Shown: piece by piece, positions 12,901 through 24,900 of the stretch | Numbering within the stretch: position 1 is the first letter of the stretch | Layout of the letters: every line of letters begins with the position of its first letter | Source: Tubiluchus corallicola | Taxonomy: Eukaryota > Animalia > Priapulida | Direction of reading: 5' to 3' | Length of the DNA: 64,000 nt | NCBI GenBank assembly: GCA_030141605.1 | Contig: JAQGDQ010000178.1 | Span: 372,001-436,000 of the forward strand | Made by a program: the position numbers and the translations under genes | Notes under the pieces: model-generated | The model's database searches: none | What the model was told of the DNA's origin: nothing | Seen by the model: the letters and a program-made list of their open reading frames with translations, nothing else

Positions 12901-15900
12901 TAATAACAATCAAAGGTTACTTAGTAGATTATAGGCAAAATTAATAGCTTAAAAGCAGGATAACTACCTATAGACAATTGTACCCAGGAAAACCTGAATA
13001 CTTTTCCAACTACTAGTTGATCTTCAGGATTATCTGTAGGAATCCCATAAAACATGATATTCGCCAACATTGTAGTTAAAAGCAACGTCAAGACACAAGC
13101 TAGTCTCTGAAATATAAAAACTAATGTAAAAATTCTAAGTCCAAGTCTTAAAAAATGACTTATCAACAAGAAAAAGCAGTATTATGCTAAAGCTGGCATT
13201 ATAACCAAGAAGCCTCTCATTATATTAAACAGCCATGTTGTACAACTTGACCACTGTACCTGGTCGTCCAATGTTGCATGCTCGGAAATGTTTAATGTTC
13301 GAAAATATTGAAGCAATATGTTTGAGACTTTTGGAAAAAGCACATTTTGAGCAAAATTTTGTATGTTCTATTGTTTCAACATTTGAGACAGCTTCACAGA
13401 AAAATATTTATTAGCGTGAGGCATAAGGTCAATCCAATAACCAGTACAGTGCACAATTGTTTGTAATGATCCACTAATGTTACCTGAAGTGTGTTGGAGC
13501 TCACACAGTAAAAACACGGGCCTTCAAGCACTATCTTTTTTACAAAAAACGTAAAGAATAGATAGATGATAATTCTAAAGTTACTGAGATAGTTTACATT
13601 ATACTTGGAGTGTCATAGTTCATCAGTGTAGTTTGTATTCTACTGAAAATAATAAAAGTTATCAATAGGTTCCATTATGTTGAAAGTTATGGCTGAAATT
13701 TACATTTCCCACACACAAGAAATTAGTTTGTGAAGCAGAAGAGTTAGAATTAGGGTTGGAGTTAGGGTTAGGGTATTTATATTTTGCAGGGAAGTAAAAG
13801 CTCCTTCAAAAGTTATCAATATCTTAAGTATCAAAAACTTCAACAAAAAGTACCTGCACTCTAGTAAAATTGCTGTTTGCAGGCCTCAAGAATATGCTGG
13901 CCCAAAGATGGTTATCCTTCATGTCACGACGTGTATTATTCTTGAACAAGTTAGAAAACATCTGTAAATAATTAACATTTTAGGTAAAGTTAGACAGAAA
14001 TGTACCAATATATAGTTTTAGAGTAAATGTAGACAATGAAACTAGACTTATTAATCTAATAAATAATCCATAATCAACAATAAACATTTTAAAGTCAGAA
14101 CAAGCAGTTTTCTAGGAAAAGTGTCATTCACTTACAACTTATTAAGAATAAGTAAATATATAAGTAGATGTGCTGAATTAATCCATGCTTAAATTTAACT
14201 CACATTTGAAACACATTTTTAAGTCTCTAAATAACAACAGCTGCCATTTTTTCTTCTGCATTCTCCCAGAGAAGCTAAAGAAGAGTTTGGTTGTTGGTTT
14301 AATATGAAAATCTCTCACAAATGTGACAATCATTTATCAACAAATCGTTTAAAATTGGCTAAAAAGCAGCATAAAATACAATGGAGGCTGCGCAGACTCA
14401 CAGTTAATAGAATTAGTCACCTAATTGACTTGAAATGCGAATGACTTCATCTGGTGTGGCAAATGTGCTTTAAAACTTAGGCAGCCGACACAAATAAATC
14501 TACATAATTGACTCAACGGTTTTGCTAAAGGTACAAGAATAACTGGAAGCTAAACATTTAATCACTTGTCTAGTGGTTTCCTCTGAAAGCTCCCACTGCT
14601 TTTCATTGAATGCATAATCAGTTAACTGTTGCTATTATACCACTGATACAGCACCAGTAATTTGCCAGTATTCCTTGTGACTTTAGAAGTGTAGACATCA
14701 CACAACAACTAAGGACATAGAGGTTAATTTTGAAAAAAAGAGCATACATATAAAGACTTAACATTTAACGCTCTCGCAGCTCTTGCGCTGCATAATATGC
14801 TGAAGACTAATAACTCATACTTCTGTACTAGTAATACTGACACCAATCGCCTAATAGATTCAGTTCGTTAATGGGATCAAAACACTTGCATTCCAAAGTG
14901 AATCTATTAAACTGTGCCTACTGTATTCAAATCCCAACAGAATTCTAACACACACAAAATGTAACAACTGCCATGAATGAAACTGGTTACTTATGAAATG
15001 ATTAGGGATAGTAATTGAAACAGTGTTAATCTAATGAAGCACAAACAATAACCACAATGTCTGCAAACTTCAAGAAATATATATAATTAGACTTAAATTA
15101 AATTAAATGACACTAAATGTGTGGTAAACATTTTTCTTAAGTTATAAAAAGTTCTTGAAATGTCACCTGGAGTTGGGTACTAGTGGCTGCAGGAATAGAA
15201 CAATAGACAGTTTTGTTGCCTCGGTCAATAGCTAACCAATTTTGGTAATTAAAAAACCAGGTCTCATTCGTCTGACCGTCTCGAATCACAACTTGATTAA
15301 GAAACCTGTAAAATTAACCAACTGATGAATCACACAGTCAATCAGACAATCATTAAAGAAATTAATTAAAGGAAAACAGGGTGACTTTTCCTGTCACATC
15401 CCATTTTAAAGTATGGTAAAAAGTGTTCATTTTAACATTGTATAATAATGACAAAACGTTTCTGATAAAAAATTAATAGATTAAAAACTTATTAATAGAT
15501 TAATTAACGGTGTACGAGCCTAAACCCAACAGATTTTAAATTTAGCTGTGCTCACATGTGACCTCTTACTTCAACACTGGACACTTGTGAACTGAGAGAT
15601 ACAGCACCTGTTTTCTGTGCAACACCTTTCCGAGATGCAGGTGCTAGCACCCATCTAATTAGCAAATGGCAAAATGCATGTAACAGGGTGGAACTAGACA
15701 TGCGAACGTGAAATTAAGTTTCTATGGTAATAATTCTTACAGCCATTCTTGAAAATATAGTATATTCCCTTTCAATATTTCATAGAGTAGACTGTTCCCG
15801 GTTTTCCTTCAAGCAAATATCATTCAATCAACTAGCCAACTCATAAGAAACAAATCTTTGATAATCTAATTATAATGGATTTACAAAGTATGAAGCAAAC

Positions 15901-18900
15901 GGAACAATTTTGTTTAGATTTATTACATTCAACAGATAAACCTCTAGTATTTCATACATCAACATATCAGAAGACTGCATAACAGGATTAAAAAACATGA
16001 ATACTTTGACTTGATTAGCAGAGTTCAATTAACTTGCCATTCAGGGTGGCTTCCAGCATTATCATGCCATAGCTCAATAGCTGTCAAGTCACCAAGACAT
16101 TTGTTTGTGGTCAGCATGAACCAGTCTTCTGCACCTCTGTGCATGATGGTTCTTGTCTTGTCCTCCAAAATGACCGGGTTGCTGGACATGTTCTTACCTA
16201 ATACATTTAAATAGTAAATTAATCAAGCTGTGTTCTTAAAGCAAGTATCTATACACAAGTCGATCAAAAGGTTTAGTAAATTAGTCTTTCTTACAATATT
16301 CTAATCCTTGGCTGCTTATGACTCAACAAATCACCAAATTGGTAAAAAGAGCATAAAAAACTAAAGTGCAAATGCAACACAAAACAACCCTAACCAAAGC
16401 ATACTGAACTCCTACTTTAATACCATAGAAAGTCCTTTAGTTACAAACAACTTTCAGTACTGCTTTGCCAAAAGAACAATTTATTTGATAAAAACTTTTT
16501 AATGGTAGTACCTATAAGAACAATGGCAACGTGAGCTGAGGTGCCGGCACCATTCATTATCCCAGTGTATGTCGTAATCAAGTAAACATAAGTATCATTT
16601 GGACTATTGTCTTCTAATAAAGTCACACCCAACTAAGAACAAATTACAGTTAAATTAATAATAACCACTAAACAGTTCGACTTTTCTTATCCCATAAAAA
16701 CAAAATCTATAGTAGACCAAATGCAAATTTAGCAGTAATGGCGGAACAAGAGAAGCTTTCTTTGACGTAAAAGTCCTTCATCGTAGTACAGCAGCAACAA
16801 TGTCAACAAACAAAACGAAACTGCAAGCACACTATTTGCCAACATTTGAAAAAGCTCACTATACATTTACGATGCATTGCTTCTTAAACTTTAAAATTTG
16901 TTTTAATAAGATTTCATTGTTATTTTTCAGATAAAATGCTGCTTGTTCTAAGAAGTCTTTCGTAAACTATTGGCATCATTACATTGTAACACTGACAGTC
17001 CATGAGCACTGTTCATTTTGAGCCAGACGTCAATCAGAGAAGTAGAAATATCCATATTTGTCAAATAAATGTAACTACATCAAAATGCAATTTATTGCCG
17101 ACCGGTTTCAAACAAAACAGAATTATGAAATTCTGTTCTGTTGCTACTAACATAATGGCTTGTTGGTTTGTGGAGTGTTAAACAGTTTCTTACTAATCAA
17201 TATATGTAGTATGTAAGATAAATTGCTAAATTATCTATATAATATTATACCATATATCTTTTGGCTATTAACAACTGAATTGTATTTTGACGTTGCTTCT
17301 AAATTCTGGTAAATTTCTTTATTTTAGATGTCCTAATATTGAACAGTTTTGTTCAAAACTGGTTGGCAACAAATTCCATTTTAATCTAAAAGTGTTGTAA
17401 AATGCATTGTGTTATTAAATATAAAGTTTATTTACACTATACACTGACATAGAAGACATTCAATAAACTGTACACAAATGTCTCAGAATAAACTGTTTAA
17501 CAAATTTGTTGTACAATCACTTTATTTTACTAACCCGAAGCTCGTCCACTTTATCTTCTCTCCTAGCATATAAGAAAAACACGAAGCAAGTTATCCAAAT
17601 GAGCACAACAAAAACCACCACAACCGGATTATCAAAAAATGTAAGAAACAAAGCAGCATCTTTGAACGGATGAATCTCATTCGGTGTTGCAAGAAGACTT
17701 CCACCAAATATTGACATGTGTGAACACTGGCAGTGTATCTGCTGTGGAGAGGTGAAAGGGCCAACCTGAAATTAAAACTCCAACTTGAATTCAGTAAAAA
17801 TTTTAAAGGCTAGGAAGTAATAGGTAGCACAGCTAGTTATCTTTGATACGCGTTTTGAACATTTCTGCAAAAATAAACGTGCATTACCTCAATTTCAAAT
17901 TCTATGCTGGTCTAACACATTAGTTCAGAAAATCAGTGACCAGATACTATAGATCATAACTACAGATTATATATTTATAAGATAGAATTGGCTAAATTTG
18001 TATGTAATGACTAGAGGCTATAGATCATAAGTAGGGGTTATTTACAAAACAGAATTAGCTAAATTTGAAAAAAAAATAACAGGCTTAATGTCAGAACTTA
18101 TTCTTGGAAGGACCGGGTTTTTACCCTGTCATAATCACTTGTTACCCTCTCATTATGCAGGTCCTGCCATTGAAGGCATATTTTTGTGCCGGTTACAGCT
18201 TGCAAAAAATGCATCATCTCTTAATTAAAAAAACTACCTGACACCCGTCATCAGACCATTCATCCAGCGTTTCATTCCAATAAAGACATCGTACTGATTG
18301 AAAAGACAAGTTGAAGTTGATGTAGAACAGCTCAACGGGTGCTGAAATAAACAGTTACATTTATACAAGGCAAGTAAGCTGTAAAAGCCAGTACTGAATA
18401 TAATGTATAAGATGATAAAATTAAAATTTAACTTCCATCTTTACATTGATTTACTGAGATTACAATGAGTTTCTCTCTTTTTATTTGGTGCAGTAAAAAT
18501 GTTTAATCACTTCTTCGTATTATTAACGGACATGGGACACCTATACATTGAACTAATGACCCATGGCTAACAAGCACTCTTTAGCATTAAAATTACCTAG
18601 CAATACGATGTGCTACAAAATGCAAATGACCAAGTACGCATCTAAATATATGCAAGTAAAACATGTTATAAGAAATCATTTAACAATCATTTAACAACTG
18701 CCCCTGCCATCCCAGCCCCCTTTGACCATGTACACACATTGCTTTGTCCAGTTCACAAGAAAAGAGTCAGCCATTGGAATTGGAGGATTAACTAACCTTG
18801 CAGTGAAGATATGATAAAACATCATTATTTGGAAAGCGCCATTTTGAGAATCCAAGATGGCCACCAAGTTGATTATTGTAAAAAATGGAAAGATAATTTT

Positions 18901-21900
18901 TAGGTTAAAGCAGATCCTTAGCTCTCCAAAACCCTATAGGATATCTAACCTCCAAAATTTTTTAAGGAACATTATGTATGAGGGAGGCTAAATGCTTGAT
19001 TTGGACTCAAAATATCATTTAAGTAAAAACATTTTTACCTGGTGTGTCATTTGCAGATAAGTAACAAGGAAACTCTACTCTTTCATCCGAAATCGTAAAC
19101 CACTTCATGCAAGGACAAGTAAATGTGAGATAGCTTGTTGTTATTACTACCTAAGTAAACGTGAAAACAACTTGATACAACATAGGTAAAGATTGTAACT
19201 ATTAGCACGAGTTATTTCAGCTAATTCTGGTCTTAGTGTACTCATCAGTTTAAACACGTATTTATTTTACAACCTTTGGACATTCTGTAAAACTGATACA
19301 AAAGTCCACTGGATTACAGAGATAATACAAAACTCGAAAGATAAAGTGCATAATTAGTATCTACATAACAATTAAACAAGCGTATTAATTAATGAAAAAG
19401 CCAGTGGCAATCTAGCAAGTATTAAACAAACGAATGTAAAACATGTAATGTTATCAACGGAAAGTATTGAATTTAGCTTAAGTTTAGGTTTAATATAATT
19501 ACACACAACAGTTAATATACTACAATTTACCAAGATACTAGTTGTCATGTATTGATAATACTGCGTATGAATAGCATAGTAGTGCGGATGGTTAGGAGTT
19601 GTTCGGTTTATGGCCGCGAGGCATAATAGATTAAACTTGTTTCTTATTAGATAAATGAAGCCCATTTCGTGTTTAAAATAATAAAGAATTACAAATATAA
19701 CAGTGGCGAAGAGTTTATGAAGAAACCGAGACTTGTCTGCTGTAAACCACAGAAACCGTAAGTTAGTCATCTATTGTTAAAATGGAAAAAACTGTTATTC
19801 CAAAATTTGATTGCCTGTCTGACCCAGCAACTTTGGGCACGCGCTGGCAAAGGTGGCTGACGTCATTTGAACTGTATGCAGACGGCAAAGGTCACATCGT
19901 TGGAGAAAACGCTGCTGCAGCAGTATGACAGCAGAGACGTGTGCTTTTGTTCACTTAGCTGGCACCGATGTGCAAGAGATCTTTCGCACATTGCCAAACA
20001 CTGGTGAAGCCAACGATTACATTGCGGCAGTGAATGCTTTAAACACATATTTTGTACCGCAAATTAATCCAGTATTCGCTCGACAAACTTTTCATCAGTT
20101 AAACCAGAAACAAGGAGAGACTGTACTACAGTTTGTTACTCGTCTACGGACTGCCGCATGTGATTGCGAATTTGGCGGTGATTCAGACAATCAGATTTGT
20201 GACGCTGTGCTGTGTAAGTGTAATTCGGATTACATTCGTCGTAAGTTATTAGAATCTGACCAAGACTTAACGCTTGCTAATGTGTTAGATATTGCAAATA
20301 AATGTGAGAAAGTTGAATCTCAGATGACATCGTTAGTGGGAACTCCAAATTCCGCTGAAAAAGACAGTTGCAATCTAGTGCACAGCAAAAAGCATAATTA
20401 TGCAAAGTCGCGAAAATTTGCACAACTTAACTCCCCAGGAAAAAAGAAAAATTCTGGAGCCTGCTACAGATGTGGATCGCTAGATCATTACGGACGTGAC
20501 CCAAATTGCCCAGCCAAAGGTCAAACGTGCAAAAAGTGTGGTGGCAGAGATCATTTTGCCAAGGTATGCAAGACCAAATTAAATAAGTTGAATAAAACTG
20601 GGACCAAATATGCTAATGTTAATCAAGTGAAAAATGGTTCGGATGATGAAAACTGTCACTATGTTTTTGTAAGAAAAGATCGCCTGAAAACAAACATGAT
20701 AACTGTCAATGCAGGTGGTGTAGATATGGAGGCAATGGTGGACTCTGGTGCTACTTGCAATCTTATTGATGAAAAGATGTGGGAAAACTTAAAGCGAAAT
20801 AAAATAACATGCAAATCATGCGTGGCTTCATCTGGAAGAAAGCTGTATACTTATGCTTCAAAGGAGCCTCTATCGATTAAAGGTACATTCACATGTGAAG
20901 TTAAAACTGGTCAAAAATGGACAGATGCTGAATTTGTTGTAATCCATGGTGAAGGTGTTCCATTGTTGGGTGAGGAAACTGCGACAACATTGGGAGTACT
21001 GAAAATTGGCACCGAAGTTGCTGCTGTGAGTACTGAGGAATTAACACTTAACAGTTTAAAAACGAAATTTCCAGAAGTGTTTCAAGGCGTTGGCAAGCTC
21101 AAAACCAGGCAGGTGGAGTTGCACATTGATGAAGCAGTAACACCTGTAGCACAACCGTTAAGGAGAACTCCCTTCGATTTAAGGGGCAAAGTTGAGGAGA
21201 ACATACAGGAACTTTTAAATCTAGATATCATTGAACCGGTAGATGGTCCAACCCCTTGGGTCAACCCTGTAGTGGTTGCACCAAAGGACAAAGGTCACAT
21301 CCGGTTATGTGTTGATATGCGCTGTGCAAATGAGGCAATTATCAGAGAACGTCATCCGATTCCGACAGTTGATGAAGTACTGCAAAACATGAATGGTTCA
21401 AAGGTATTTAGCAAACTAGACCTAAAATGGGGGTATCACCAACTTGAATTATCTGAAAAATCGCGTGAGATAACAACCTTTGTGGTACACTCAGGACTAT
21501 ATCGAAACAAACGACTTCTGTTTGGGGTCAATTCTGCAAGCGAACACTACCAGTATATGATAAGTTCTGCCCTGGCTGGACTCGAGGGTGTACAGAATAT
21601 TTCTGATGACATAGCAGTATATGGTCCAGATGAAGACACACACTATGTATGATTATTAGCTGTCATGCAGAAATTATCTGAAATTGGCTTGACCTTTAAC
21701 CCAGACAAATGTATCGTCGGTATGAATCGGTTAGTTTTCATGGGGATACTTCTATCTGAGAAAGGTATAGGTCCAACTGAAGAGCGAGTAAGAGCCATCG
21801 AAGATGCATGAGAGCCGGAAACTGTATTGGAAGTTCGTAGCTTCTTAGGACTCGTTGGATTCAGTAGCCGATTTATCCCAGATTTCGCTACTATATCGGA

Positions 21901-24900
21901 GCTGCTTCGCAAGCTAACTCGAAAAGGAGAACCATTTAAATTTGAACCAGAACAGAAGGAAGCATTCAACTTGCTGAAACAGTATGTGAGAGAAGATACT
22001 CGCAAACGGAGAAAGAGGCTTTAGCACTGGTTTGGGCATGCGAACGATTTCATGCATACATGTATGGACGCAAGTTTGAACTGTTAACTGACCATAAAGT
22101 TTTCCAAATATTTACGGACCTAGATCAAAACCATGTGCACAAATAGAACGTTGGGTACTACAATTGCAACCGTATGACTATAAAGTAGTTTACGTACAAG
22201 GACAACAGAACATTGCTGACCCACTATCATGTCTTTTAAGAGTAGAGGATACCAGCAATCATGAACATGGTGCAGAGGAGTATGTACAGTTCATTGCAGT
22301 TGAAGCAACTCCTAATGCATTAACAACTAAGGAAGTGGAACAATTGTCAGGTTCTGATGAAAAACTGAAGTGTGTTAGAAAAGCTATAAAGACTGGCAAA
22401 TTTGAAAACTGTAAAAACTATGCACCCATAGCGAGAGAATTGTGCATAGTTGGACAATTAATCTTACGGGGAACACGTATTATTCTACCTACTAAGTTGA
22501 GAATGTAAGCTTTCAATCTGGCACATGAAGGACACTTAGGAATTGTTGGCACAAAACAAAACCTTCGAACCAAGGTGTGGTGGCCTGGCATGGATAAAGC
22601 AGCGGAGAAATTTTGCAAGTCATGTCATGGATGTCAGATTGTTGCTCGTCCTGATCCGCCAGAACCATTGAGGCCTACGGTATTGCCAGATGGACCATGG
22701 CAGGACCTTGCCATTGATTTACTTGGTCCATTACCTTCTGGTCATTCTATATTAGTAATCATTGATTATTACAGTCGATACTACGAGTATGCAGTGATGA
22801 TGTCAACGACAGTGGATAAAGTCATAGAGTGCTGTGAAGAGGTGTTTGCTCGTCACAGGTTACCTGAAACAATGAAATCCGGCAATGGACCACAGTTTCG
22901 ATCCAGGGAATTCCACCAATTTTGTCTACAAAATGGAATCTCTCATTTAAAAGTTACTGCTCGATGGGCACAAGCTAATGGAGAATGGAGAAGTTGAGCG
23001 TCAGAATCACTCTACTATGAAGCGCATCAGAATTGCACAAGCTGAAGGCCGTGATTGGAAACGAGACTTAAGAAAATATGTTGCCAAGTACCGAATGTTA
23101 GAACATCAGACAACTGGGAGAAGCCCGGCTAAATTATTGTTTAATAGGAAACTGCGAGGAAAGATTCCAAGTTTTGAGTTAATCAATGAAAATTTAGAAA
23201 TAGTTGATCGTGATGCAGTAGAAAAGGGGAAATCTAAGATTTACGCAGACTCAAGACGTAATGCTGAATATTCCTCGGTGGAACCAGGTGACAAAGTCTT
23301 GATGAAAAAAGATCAGACAAACAAATTTTCGACACCATTCAATCCAGAACCACATACGGTTATTGACAAGACAGGAAACAGTCTTGTAGCGTAATCTCCA
23401 ACTGGAGTTCAATACTCGCGAAATACGAGCCATGTAAAGAGATTCAGGAGTAGGAGAGATGAGACAAGCACGCAATCATCGAGTTCCACGACTCCTTCTG
23501 ACATATCTATTACTACTGATATGGAAGCTGAGAATGAAAGTTCTGAAATTTCGATCAGAAGATCACAGAGGATTAAAAAGAGACCCATAAAGTTTAATGA
23601 TTATGTACTTAATTAAACTAGTTTACAGTGTGTATTTTTGTTCAATTACAATTTACATTAACAGCTTACAGGATTTAAATTTAGACATATCAAGTCATTA
23701 GTTTCAAGTGTGATGTTCACTTATTTGTTAGCTTATTCTACTTATAATATTGTGTTGGTAAGATATCGCCAAAATTGTGTTATTTCTACAACAGACTTTT
23801 CATTAGCAATTTAAGTTTCTGTCTAAATGGGAAAGAGAAGTCATGTATTGATAATACTGCGTATGAATACCATAGTAGTGCAGATGGTTAGAGGTGGTTC
23901 GGTTTATGGCCGAGAGGCATAATAGATTAAACTTGTTTCTTATTAGATAAATGAAACCCATTTCGTGTTTAAAATAATAAGGAAGTACAAATATAACATT
24001 AGTGATCTGGAGTAAATTATGTAAAATGTATGCTTGCTTTAACATTATTATTCAAGTTTTCGTAATTTCCAAGATCTTCATTGACAAATAGATTTGACAT
24101 TGATAACATCATACAAAGTGTAGTAGCAATAGACAGCTGTGTATTCATTGCTGTGCCATGCTTAGTGACACAAGAGTTATGCTGTAAAAGGAAAAATAAC
24201 TTCCCGTGTGTACATGTATTTTTTATTTTTTACTGCAGGAAAACATTAAAGGATCCTGAGTTATCAGCAACTTGCACTATTTTCTGCAGCTATCACTAAG
24301 CTACCATTACTTGAAATTTCAGCTAATATCAGATCTAGTAGTTGTAATCATCAAATCACTGGTCTCAAGATATTTTACTGCTTACAAAATTATTTTGCAA
24401 TTTACTTGAGAAAGTGTCATACCTTTTCTAGCAGCCAACCTGTCTGGAAAAATGATTTCTGAATCCACATTGTAACACTTTGCAAAAGTTTTACAGTTCT
24501 TGTGGAATACATGAACCTATCAATCCTATAAAAATAGATAAAATTAACAGTAAGGTACAGACTAACCTATAACGTGCCTGCTTTACATCTGTAACTCTGT
24601 GTGCTTTATACAAAAGACTTTAAAAACCTTTAAATAATTTCTGTCATGTAATTTTACCCTGTTGTTCAGTTACAGTCAATGATAAAAGCCTCATAGCAGG
24701 TTTCTGTTGAAGTTATAGTCATTTTTAAATATGCCCCCAGAAATTTATAGAAGCACCTTTTTTTATAATTTTCTTTTAGCTTATGATGAGCATGCATGTC
24801 TCTTAGTAAAATTTCAACCAACAGACAATAGCGCCATCTTCATTTTAGAACATAACGGTATAAAACATTAATGAAACATACAAACGTATGAAAAACAGCT

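Noticed and set aside
13745-13775. TTAGGG-like run
   Set aside because: Only about three units, degenerate; not a telomere
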